Source: Smithella sp.
GTDB lineage: Bacteria > Desulfobacterota > Syntrophia > Syntrophales > Smithellaceae
Direction of reading: 5' to 3'
DNA: 26,332 nucleotides
NCBI GenBank assembly: GCA_039679455.1
Contig: JBDKUX010000135.1
Span: forward strand, 1-26,332
Position numbers and translations under genes: made by a program. The notes under the pieces were generated by a model that saw only the letters and a list, made by a program, of their open reading frames with translations, ran no database searches and was not told where the DNA came from. Positions 1-10,323 of this stretch are shown one piece after another (position 1 is the first letter of the stretch; each line of letters starts with the position of its first letter).

Positions 1-308
1 ATCAGGGAGCGTTCGGCGAAAATGGATTCATCATGCATGGAAACGACAAGTACCGGCATGTTTTTATAGTTTTTGGAAATATCTTTAATCAGACTGATGC
101 CTTCTCCATCTTTCAGCGACAAGTCCAGAATTACCAGATCCGGCTTCAGGCGCTGGATTTCACTCCAGCCGTGGATCTTGTCTTCGGCCTCCCCGCAAAC
201 AACAAGATCGGGTTCCTGGTTGATCAGTTCGCGCAGACCGAGCCGAAAAATAGGATGATCTTCCACGATCATAATTCTGCGCTTTTCGCTTGATGATAAG
301 CCATTCAT
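1..308 (-). CDS. Response regulator, NarL/LuxR (FixJ) family, N-terminal receiver domain. Partial: C-terminus lies beyond the window start
   Basis: Reverse-strand translation from the ATG at 308-306 gives MNGLSSSEKRRIMIVEDHPIFRLGLRELINQEPDLVVCGEAEDKIHGWSEIQRLKPDLVILDLSLKDGEGISLIKDISKNYKNMPVLVVSMHDESIFAERSL..., a typical CheY-like receiver with acidic pocket and conserved Lys region. Its ATG overlaps the TGA of the upstream HisKA_3 kinase (ATGA). It is missing from the ORF track because it runs off the window edge. Confidence 0.8.
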   Translation of the reverse strand, partial: MNGLSSSEKRRIMIVEDHPIFRLGLRELINQEPDLVVCGEAEDKIHGWSEIQRLKPDLVILDLSLKDGEGISLIKDISKNYKNMPVLVVSMHDESIFAERSL

Positions 309-2518
309 ACTTTTCTGTCCTTTTCTTCCGGATTCCTCAATGAACAGGAAACGATGGTTCCTCCTTCGGGGCCGCCTTCGATATTCAGTTCCGCGTGGAT
401 CATTTTGGCACGATAGCTCATGATACGCAAGCCCATTCCTTTTGTCGAACCCGCATTTGATATGCCGCTGCCGTTGTCCGTAATTCGCAAAGTGATTTTC
501 CCTCCGCTGGATGACAGGTCAATGTTGATCAGTTTTGCCCTACCATGTTTAATGGCGTTCTGGGTTGCCTCCTGGGCAATGTAAAATAGATGGGTAGCCA
601 GGGCGTTGTCGTTGATTAAAACAGGCTCATCACATTCGAAAAGGCATGTGACTCCAAACGTTTTTTCAGTATTTTCAGCCAGTTCCATTAAGGCTGATTC
701 CAGACCGCTGGCCATCATATGAACGGGGCAGAGTCCCCGGGCCAACCCTCTCGTTTTTTCCACCGCTTCACTTATAAGGCTTCTGATTTTTTCCGTGTAG
801 ACATTATGACCTCCGGCCAGATCCCTCTCCTTGTCCGATAAAACCTTGCTTAAAACCTCGATGCCGATCAGATGGGCGCAGAGATCATCGTGAAGATCCT
901 GACCGATCTTTTGACGTACGCCGTCTGCAATATTCATAACTTCCTGTTCCAGGCGTCTCCACTCGGTAATATCTTCAATGGTAGTAAGAATACATTGCTC
1001 ACCGCGAAGCTCAATCCATTCACCGGAAAGCAGACAGGTACGGGCTTCACCGGATTTGGTTCGTAATTCAATTTCCTTGCCGCGCAGATGTTCCTTACTC
1101 TCCAGCTGGGTTCCCAGCATTAAGGTATCTTCGCGACTCGTGAACAATTGCAACTCAACAGGGGTCTTGCCGAGTACCTCCTCAGCAGAATAACCTGTTA
1201 AACGTAAAAAGGTTTCATTGATGCTGATGAATCGCTTTGTCGCGAGCGAGGCAATGCATATGGAATTCGGGCTTGATTGAAAGGCCTTCGAAAGAACTTC
1301 TTCGGAATGCCGGAGTGCCTCCTGAGTATGCTTGTGTTCCTTGATTTCATCCTGAAGATTCCGACTGTATTTCTCCAGCCATTCCATAAAGGTATTGAAA
1401 TATGATGCAAGTTGACCCATTTCATCCCGGGACGCATTATTCATTCGGACGGAAAAATCTCCCGTAGCGCCGGTCGCAAACCGGTCCATGAGATTTTGTA
1501 TAGGCCGGGTGATGGACGAACTGATGCGTAAAGTAATCGGTATGAACAACAACAGAGATATGACAACCGTGAAGAAAATGATGTTGCGCACGGTGACGAG
1601 TGGAGCATAAAATTCATCAAGATAACTGGAAGAAACCACAATCCAGTCTAATTCGGGTATATAATTGAATATGACGAATTTTAGGCGTGGAGTCGATTCA
1701 TCAGGGTTTTTCCAGGAATAGATGATTTTTCCATTCTTGCGCTGGCACATCTCCTGGATGAAATAACGTCCGTTGGCGTCTTTCTCATTGAAGAGATTTT
1801 TTTCGTCAATCTTGGGATGAATTACTACATTTCCTTTGCTGTCGACGATAAAAGAGTATCCCGTTTTGCCGAAGCGCGGCGATAGGATGCTGTCCCGGAA
1901 ATCGTTCACATTAATGAGCCGGTTGAATTCCTCGCGATAGGAAGTGGCGGTGATGATCCAGTCCCAGGGAGCAAAATAGGTCATATAAAGGGCTTTGGGC
2001 TTGGGTTTGGCTTCATCAGGGTTTTTCCAGTCGTATTCAAGATAGCCTTCCCTCATCGATTTCTGCTTCCGGACGAATTCATAATCGGAAACATTTCTCT
2101 TAAGAAGTGCCTGCTGGGGATGAACAACAATAACTCCTTTGCTGTCCAGGCAATAGAGATAGGTCATCCCTTCTATTGTCTGGCTGAGGAGAACAGCTGT
2201 CGCCTGGGCCTTTGCCTGGGCTTCCGTTAACTTTCCCATCTTGTATTGTCGATAGAAATGATCGGCAATTTCACGGTTTTTTAAAGCCATGGCCCGAAGG
2301 TGGCTCTTAATCGACACGGTTACGGATGATCTGACCGTATTCAGGATACTTGCGGTGGAATTATTCAACTCGTTTTCGATATTGTTTTCGACTGTTTTCA
2401 GGACGAGATAGTAGATACTGGAGTAACCCAGGGCTATAGCCAGAACAAATACCAGGGAGTAACTGAATAAAAGTTTGTAGCGAATACGCAGGTGCTGTAA
2501 TGGATTAAATTTACGCAT
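305..2518 (-). CDS. Sensor histidine kinase: N-terminal TM, periplasmic double Cache (two 'Y(D/S)WKNPDE' repeats), second TM, HAMP, PAS, HisKA_3 (IGQDLHDDLCAHL) and HATPase_c (ITDNGSGI)
   Basis: 737-aa ORF. Hydrophobic segments at residues ~15-38 and ~330-350. The HisKA_3 H-box and G1/G2 ATPase motifs are visible. It is paired by ATGA overlap with a NarL-type receiver gene downstream. SD GGAG lies 9 nt upstream of the ATG. Confidence 0.9.
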   Translation of the reverse strand: MRKFNPLQHLRIRYKLLFSYSLVFVLAIALGYSSIYYLVLKTVENNIENELNNSTASILNTVRSSVTVSIKSHLRAMALKNREIADHFYRQYKMGKLTEAQAKAQATAVLLSQTIEGMTYLYCLDSKGVIVVHPQQALLKRNVSDYEFVRKQKSMREGYLEYDWKNPDEAKPKPKALYMTYFAPWDWIITATSYREEFNRLINVNDFRDSILSPRFGKTGYSFIVDSKGNVVIHPKIDEKNLFNEKDANGRYFIQEMCQRKNGKIIYSWKNPDESTPRLKFVIFNYIPELDWIVVSSSYLDEFYAPLVTVRNIIFFTVVISLLLFIPITLRISSSITRPIQNLMDRFATGATGDFSVRMNNASRDEMGQLASYFNTFMEWLEKYSRNLQDEIKEHKHTQEALRHSEEVLSKAFQSSPNSICIASLATKRFISINETFLRLTGYSAEEVLGKTPVELQLFTSREDTLMLGTQLESKEHLRGKEIELRTKSGEARTCLLSGEWIELRGEQCILTTIEDITEWRRLEQEVMNIADGVRQKIGQDLHDDLCAHLIGIEVLSKVLSDKERDLAGGHNVYTEKIRSLISEAVEKTRGLARGLCPVHMMASGLESALMELAENTEKTFGVTCLFECDEPVLINDNALATHLFYIAQEATQNAIKHGRAKLINIDLSSSGGKITLRITDNGSGISNAGSTKGMGLRIMSYRAKMIHAELNIEGGPEGGTIVSCSLRNPEEKDRKV

Positions 2519-2674
2519 GGACTTCTTGCTCCATCAATAAAATTTTTACGCGAGGCTTTAACCTGCCTGCGTATATGCTTGTCATTATATATCAGTCAGC
2601 GGGCAGGAAATGTTCCTGAAGAGAGGATTAGAACAATAAATGGAACTCTGATTAGCAAATATAATAAAGATTGT

Positions 2675-3292
2675 TTAAAAAGGCAAATCATCGTGGTTCA
2701 GGATGCGAATTCCCCGTTCTTTCATGATCTGAACGGTGTCAGCGATATTTCCTGCCGGCACATCAACGCCCCGACAGGCATCCAGAATAACACTGACATT
2801 AAATCCCATATTCTTTGCATCCACGGCGCTGTAATAGACACAATAATCAGTGGCGAGACCGCAAAAAAATAAATCCTGAACGGCGAACCCTTGCAGGTAT
2901 GAGTGCAGACCGGTGAAGGTCTTCTTGTCGTTTTCCATAAAAGTTGAATAGGAATCGATATTTATATGACCGCCTTTGCGGATGATCAGATCGACGGGGC
3001 GCAAGTCCAGATCTTTGTGAAAATCAGCGCCAAAGGAGCCTTGGACGCAATGAACAGGCCACATGACCTGTTGAATATCACCTATGGAGATAATGTCGTA
3101 AAGTTCTTTATTGTGGGTAGCAGCAAAAGAGACATGGCCCGTGGGATGCCAATCCTGGGTGGCGACTACTTTATCAAACTTTTGCGTAAGCGAGTTCACA
3201 ACCGGAATAATCTCGTTGCCTCCCGCCACAGCCAGCGCGCCGCCGGGACAGAAATCATTTTGTATATCCGTAATGATCAGGCAATTTTTCAT
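2675..3292 (-). CDS. pncA: Nicotinamidase/pyrazinamidase (isochorismatase-like hydrolase family)
   Basis: MKNCLIITDIQNDFCPGGALAV... with the catalytic-Cys context ...FFCGLATDYCV, typical of PncA/isochorismatase folds. The likely start is the ATG at 3292 (MKNCLI), 1 nt after the pyrG stop (TGAaATG). The ORF track's extended 3319 start would overlap pyrG by 26 nt. Confidence 0.8.
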   Translation of the reverse strand: MKNCLIITDIQNDFCPGGALAVAGGNEIIPVVNSLTQKFDKVVATQDWHPTGHVSFAATHNKELYDIISIGDIQQVMWPVHCVQGSFGADFHKDLDLRPVDLIIRKGGHINIDSYSTFMENDKKTFTGLHSYLQGFAVQDLFFCGLATDYCVYYSAVDAKNMGFNVSVILDACRGVDVPAGNIADTVQIMKERGIRILNHDDLPF

Positions 3293-3293
3293 T

Positions 3294-4955
<1,662 letters not shown>

Positions 4956-4971
4956 CTAAAAATACGAACGA

Positions 4972-6321
4972 TCAGCCGATTTCAGTTTTCACCACATCGG
5001 CGATCATCCGGCAGTATCTGTCCGTAACGCCGTCAGACGGTCCTTCCACCATGACGCGGCACATATTCTGCGTACCGGAATATCTGACCAGAACCCGCCC
5101 TTCATCACCCAATTCCTGCTCCACCTGCCCGATGACTTCCACAAGCCTGGGAACGTCGGAAATCTCCGGTTTGCTTTTCACGTCGATGTTAATCAGCTTC
5201 TGCGGAAAAATATCCATGAGGCGCGCCAGTTCGGACAGCGGCTTGCCTTCTTTGAGCATGGCGGCAATGAGCTGCATGGCCGCAATAATGCCGTCTCCGG
5301 TTTTGTGGTGTTCAAGAAAAATCATGTGCCCGGCATCTTCACCGCCAACGATGGCGCCCAGGCGCAGCATGTCCGCCAGGACGTAGCGATCCCCTACATT
5401 GGAGGCATGATGTTGAAATCCATACTTTTTACAGGCCAGTTTAAATCCCAGGTTGCTCATAACTGTGCTGACAACAAGATCATTCTTCAGCCGGTCTTCT
5501 TTTTTTAACATATATGCGCAGATGATGAGCAGCTGATCTCCTGAAATTTCATTTCCTTTTTCATCTACGGCAATCAAACGATCTCCATCCCCGTCAAAGG
5601 CCAGCCCGACTGCCGCCCCGGTTTGAATCACCTTATTTTTCAAATCCTGGGTATGCTGAGAACCGCACCCGTCGTTGATATTAATACCGTTGGGGGTATT
5701 GTGAATAACAGTAACGTCGGCGCCGAGTTCGTCAAACGCGTCGGGTGCGACCCGGTAAGTGGCGCCGTTGGAGGTATCCAGCACAATTTTCATTCCTTCC
5801 ATGGACAGTTCGCGGGGAAAGGAATTTTTTAGAAACACGATGTATCTGCCGTGGATGTCATTGATGCGGATGGCTTTGCCCATAGCTTTCGCAGGCGGCA
5901 GAAGATCAGCGAGATTACCGTCTAAAATCATATCTTCGATTTTGTTTTCCTGCTCATCGGTCAGTTTAAAACCATTGGCATCGAAGATTTTGAGCCCGTT
6001 GTCCTGAAAAGGGTTGTGGGATGCGGAAATAACAATGCCGGCATCGGCGCGCATACTCTGCGTGATGAAGGCGATTCCCGGAGTGGGCAGCACACCGACC
6101 AGATAGGAGTCTCCCCCCATGGAAGTAATACCCGCTTCCAGGGAACTCTCCAGCATATAGCCGGAAATACGGGTATCTTTTCCGATAATTACTCGAGCCC
6201 GGTGACTGTTTCTTTTAAATAGATATGCTACGGTTTGTCCGACTTTAAAGGCGATTTCCGCATTCATCGGATAGCGGTTGGCCTCTCCTCTGATCCCGTC
6301 GGTTCCGAATAATTTTCCCAT
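4972..6321 (-). CDS. glmM: Phosphoglucosamine mutase
   Basis: MGKLFGTDGIRGEANRYPM... N-terminus, active-site phosphoserine loop ISASHNPFQDNG, and metal-binding DGDGDR motif. 449 aa, typical length. GGAAG SD upstream. Confidence 0.93.
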   Translation of the reverse strand: MGKLFGTDGIRGEANRYPMNAEIAFKVGQTVAYLFKRNSHRARVIIGKDTRISGYMLESSLEAGITSMGGDSYLVGVLPTPGIAFITQSMRADAGIVISASHNPFQDNGLKIFDANGFKLTDEQENKIEDMILDGNLADLLPPAKAMGKAIRINDIHGRYIVFLKNSFPRELSMEGMKIVLDTSNGATYRVAPDAFDELGADVTVIHNTPNGININDGCGSQHTQDLKNKVIQTGAAVGLAFDGDGDRLIAVDEKGNEISGDQLLIICAYMLKKEDRLKNDLVVSTVMSNLGFKLACKKYGFQHHASNVGDRYVLADMLRLGAIVGGEDAGHMIFLEHHKTGDGIIAAMQLIAAMLKEGKPLSELARLMDIFPQKLINIDVKSKPEISDVPRLVEVIGQVEQELGDEGRVLVRYSGTQNMCRVMVEGPSDGVTDRYCRMIADVVKTEIG

Positions 6322-6347
6322 GAGTATTAACTTCCATCAGTATTGAA

Positions 6348-7655
6348 CTAGATCGTTCTAAATAAACCTGTGGATGATAGCACTCTTGATATTCTTTGGC
6401 AATAGTAATCAACAATACTCTGAAGCCATTTAACTCCTTTTGTGGATATATCAGGCGGGAGTTGATGAATTGATTCGATATACGGCATGGCGCCGTTTCT
6501 TCCGGATTGCAAGAAGCACTCGAGAAATACTTCTTGATTTCGCTGGATTACGCCATCATTTATTTTCCCGGAAAAGACGCCTGCAACACCATCCATGTGT
6601 TCAAACAAGGCCTGTTTTTCATCAAGCGGCTGTGCTTCCACTTGCCGGGCCGGCATGGAAACGGCTTTTTCCGCCATAATTTTAAGGCGTTTGAGGCGTT
6701 CTTGCATCGCCAGGGAAAGATTCTCCATCGCCCCGTCATAAATCAATAAGCCGAATTCCCGAGTCTCAAAAAACTGTTTTCTTACATGGGCATACCATGC
6801 TTCCAGGGCTTTAAGATTGGCCAAGTAGAGAATATTGTTTTCCAGAATATGCCGGAAACCGGGGTAGGCCGCAGGAATAAATTCCCGGACCTCCCGGGGC
6901 TGCGGTATATCGAATATCAATTGATTGCCTTGAGGATAGTCTTTTCTTAAGATGGAGCCAGCCGCCACAACAGCGCCGTAGCCGACGCGCAGCGGGCCGA
7001 CCATTCCACCCTGTCCGCCCAGAAAAATGGGGGGTTGGTTCAACATAACCCCCCGGGGAACATCGCCAATCAAAGAGGGGGTGGTTTTGTCGGCGTTAGG
7101 AGTAAAGTTAAAGTGAATGTAAGAACTTCCCACTTCACTGTGATTGCTGCGGCTTGTGCCCCCGGCCATCAGACAGTCACAGAAATTAATCAGGCTGCCC
7201 AGTGTGACAAACGGGAAAAGAATCGTCTGCTTCAACCCGACGCAGTGCGCTCCAACCGTCTGTTCCTCCAGAATGCATCCGTCGCGAACATGCGCGCCCA
7301 TTCCCATGCCGGCATCGTCGAGAAAAACGGAGTGAGAAAAGTAGCCGCCTTTCAACTCGACTTTCGAGCCCAGCTGGCAGTTATCGATGGTAACGGGAGC
7401 CTCATAACCGATGATACTCCCTGCCGATATGACCGTGTTTTTGCCGTAAATTCTACAGCCCGGATATATTTTAACATTGGAAGACGAGATGTTGTCAATA
7501 TTGACCTCGTCTCCTATATCAAGACTTTCAGGATTTCTTATACTTACACCTTTATCGAGCAGTTGGTGTATTTTTTCATAAGATTTTGGTTTAAAATCCA
7601 TCCAGTCTACCTGTTTGCGGGAGCGAATAATCTTTGGGCATAACCTTTGGATCAT
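6348..7655 (-). CDS. Hexapeptide-repeat (left-handed beta-helix) protein with a C-terminal alpha-helical domain. Possible acyl/acetyltransferase-like. Function unknown
   Basis: N-terminal two-thirds is rich in imperfect [LIV]-G-x-x-x-x hexad repeats (IGDEVNIDNISSSNVKIYPGCRIYGKNTVISAGSIIGYEAPVTIDNCQLGSKVELKGG...). No NTP-transferase G-x-G-T-R motif is visible. The true start may be the internal ATG at 7601 (MDFKPK). It sits between glmM and gdhA, 21 nt from the gdhA stop. Confidence 0.6.
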   Translation of the reverse strand: MIQRLCPKIIRSRKQVDWMDFKPKSYEKIHQLLDKGVSIRNPESLDIGDEVNIDNISSSNVKIYPGCRIYGKNTVISAGSIIGYEAPVTIDNCQLGSKVELKGGYFSHSVFLDDAGMGMGAHVRDGCILEEQTVGAHCVGLKQTILFPFVTLGSLINFCDCLMAGGTSRSNHSEVGSSYIHFNFTPNADKTTPSLIGDVPRGVMLNQPPIFLGGQGGMVGPLRVGYGAVVAAGSILRKDYPQGNQLIFDIPQPREVREFIPAAYPGFRHILENNILYLANLKALEAWYAHVRKQFFETREFGLLIYDGAMENLSLAMQERLKRLKIMAEKAVSMPARQVEAQPLDEKQALFEHMDGVAGVFSGKINDGVIQRNQEVFLECFLQSGRNGAMPYIESIHQLPPDISTKGVKWLQSIVDYYCQRISRVLSSTGLFRTI

Positions 7656-7676
7656 CGCCCCCGCGCCAGAAATTAA

Positions 7677-9035
<1,359 letters not shown>

Positions 9036-9104
9036 TTACTCCCCCTCTAAAAAATTTGTTATTTAATTTTGCGCATCAATCTGTGCATTACATCTTAAAA
9101 TTAT

Positions 9105-10106
9105 TTAAAGCTTCTCGATATCCTGAAGATTTTCATATTCCATCATCGTGGACATGGCTTTATTGTCCACTTCAAAACCTGCTTCATAGGCTGCCGCGAC
9201 CGGATTGAGGCCGCCGACCAGAATCATGCCGATTTTGTTAATATCCACGTGAGTTTGACAAATGGGATGACCGATACCACCTATTGATAAAACGCCATTG
9301 ATGCCGACCTCGTTAAAATCATCTATAATATCATCAACTAATGGACGGCTCAGTGCGGGAATTTCACGGAAGTTGGCCAGAATTTTACCCTCGCCTTCTT
9401 CCACGACTTGCCTGACGGAGGTCATTTTGCCGCGGATAAAGATTTCCGACGGATCAAGGGAGGAACCGGCGTAATGGATCAACTCCACAAATCTCAGGCT
9501 TTCTCCTTTTCTCATCTGGAGAATGCCGCCGAATTTGGAATCAATGGGGATGCCGTGCCTCAGGAGAACGCCGTTTATCACAATGCTGCAGACCGTCGCC
9601 AATCCGACTTTGCCCGGCGGCACCACAAGCTCGCCCAGAGTTTTTCCGGCCTCGGCTACGGCAATGCGGGAAGATACCGCCAGCTTTTTGGAAAAAACAG
9701 GTTTCATCACTTGCAGCGCAGCGGAAAATTGATCCTCCGGAAAAAAAGAAACATTTACCGGCACGAGGCCGCGCTTCTTCTTGATGTCAAATGTTGTTTT
9801 AAAAGAAAGAATGTCTATTCGGGAAATGGAAAGCCCCATCTTGTCCTGTACACGGGCGTCGGTAATTTCACTGAGACCCTGCTCTGTGACTACACGGCCG
9901 TCACGCCTGCCCACCAGGCGGGTGAGCCCGCGTTCATCCATGATCTTAAGATGATAGCGGACAGTCCTTTCACTGAGCTGTACATCGCGCTCCGACATCT
10001 TGCGGGCGATAACGCGCGCTCCCAGCGGCCCGGGACTTTCGTGCAGAATTTTCAAGATCAGGAGAACTTTGCGCTCAATGTCCTCCGGTTTAAAAAGCTC
10101 TTTCAT
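9105..10106 (-). CDS. nrpR: NrpR-like nitrogen regulatory protein: N-terminal winged HTH plus one DUF128/NRD domain
   Basis: MKELFKPEDIERKVLLILKILHESPGPLGARVIARKMSERDVQLSERTVRYHLKIMDERGLTRLVG... matches my recollection of the NrpR wHTH, followed by ~250 aa consistent with a single NRD (DUF128) domain. The track's ORF starts at a TTG at 10151 (MPIRQ...). The ATG at 10106 with GGGAGG immediately upstream is the more likely start. Length (333 aa) fits a one-NRD NrpR form. Confidence 0.72.
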   Translation of the reverse strand: MKELFKPEDIERKVLLILKILHESPGPLGARVIARKMSERDVQLSERTVRYHLKIMDERGLTRLVGRRDGRVVTEQGLSEITDARVQDKMGLSISRIDILSFKTTFDIKKKRGLVPVNVSFFPEDQFSAALQVMKPVFSKKLAVSSRIAVAEAGKTLGELVVPPGKVGLATVCSIVINGVLLRHGIPIDSKFGGILQMRKGESLRFVELIHYAGSSLDPSEIFIRGKMTSVRQVVEEGEGKILANFREIPALSRPLVDDIIDDFNEVGINGVLSIGGIGHPICQTHVDINKIGMILVGGLNPVAAAYEAGFEVDNKAMSTMMEYENLQDIEKL

Positions 10107-10113
10107 GCGCCTC

Positions 10114-10148
10114 CCAATACGGCAATCGGCTATCATTTGCCGTATTGG
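10114..10148. promoter_or_regulatory. 12-bp perfect inverted repeat CCAATACGGCAA-N11-TTGCCGTATTGG abutting the nrpR ribosome-binding site. Candidate operator or 5'-UTR stem-loop
   Basis: Arms at 10114-10125 and 10137-10148 are exact reverse complements. On the coding (minus) strand the proximal arm is followed directly by GGGAGGcgcATG (SD plus nrpR start at 10106). Confidence 0.35.
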
Positions 10149-10155
10149 CAATACT

Positions 10156-10189
10156 TACAAATTACTTTTTTGTCAAATACAAATTTGTA
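10156..10189. promoter_or_regulatory. AT-rich palindromic elements upstream of nrpR: TACAAATT half-site (10156-10163) and 12-bp perfect palindrome TACAAATTTGTA (10178-10189), flanking a TTGACA -35-like hexamer on the minus strand
   Basis: Read directly from the sequence. TACAAATTTGTA is self-complementary. The same half-site recurs 22 bp away in direct orientation. Minus-strand TTGACA corresponds to plus 10171-10176. Confidence 0.3.
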
Positions 10190-10323
10190 ACTTTTTTAAT
10201 TTTTTAGGCTCAATTTTGTATCATTGACAGGGACGCAAACCGGCGTCGAATACGCCTTAAAAGAAAACATCTTAAATATTAACTACATATTATCAGATAC
10301 TGAGAGGATGGTTGTCTATGGTA

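Noticed and set aside
2562-2612. Inverted repeat CCTGCC…GGCAGG and hairpin CAGGAAatgTTCCTG in the kinase/pncA spacer, considered as a terminator or NrpR site (GGAA-N3-TTCC)
   Set aside because: The spacing does not match the GGAA-N6-TTCC NrpR operator. There is no U-run for an intrinsic terminator in the minus-strand sense. The long-range arms enclose a 35-nt AT-rich loop, so there is no convincing structure.
9408-10190. 260-aa + strand ORF antisense to nrpR
   Set aside because: It lies entirely inside a well-supported minus-strand gene. Its Arg/Ala/Gly/His-rich, low-complexity translation is typical of an antisense frame of GC-rich coding DNA. It has no RBS or recognisable motif.
10231-10255. 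GC-rich short hairpins (GACGCaaaccgGCGTC / GGCGTattcGACGCC) downstream of the giant gene as an intrinsic terminator
   Set aside because: Only 5-bp stems and no following T-tract on the transcribed (minus) strand. More likely a read-through to nrpR, so not annotated as a terminator.
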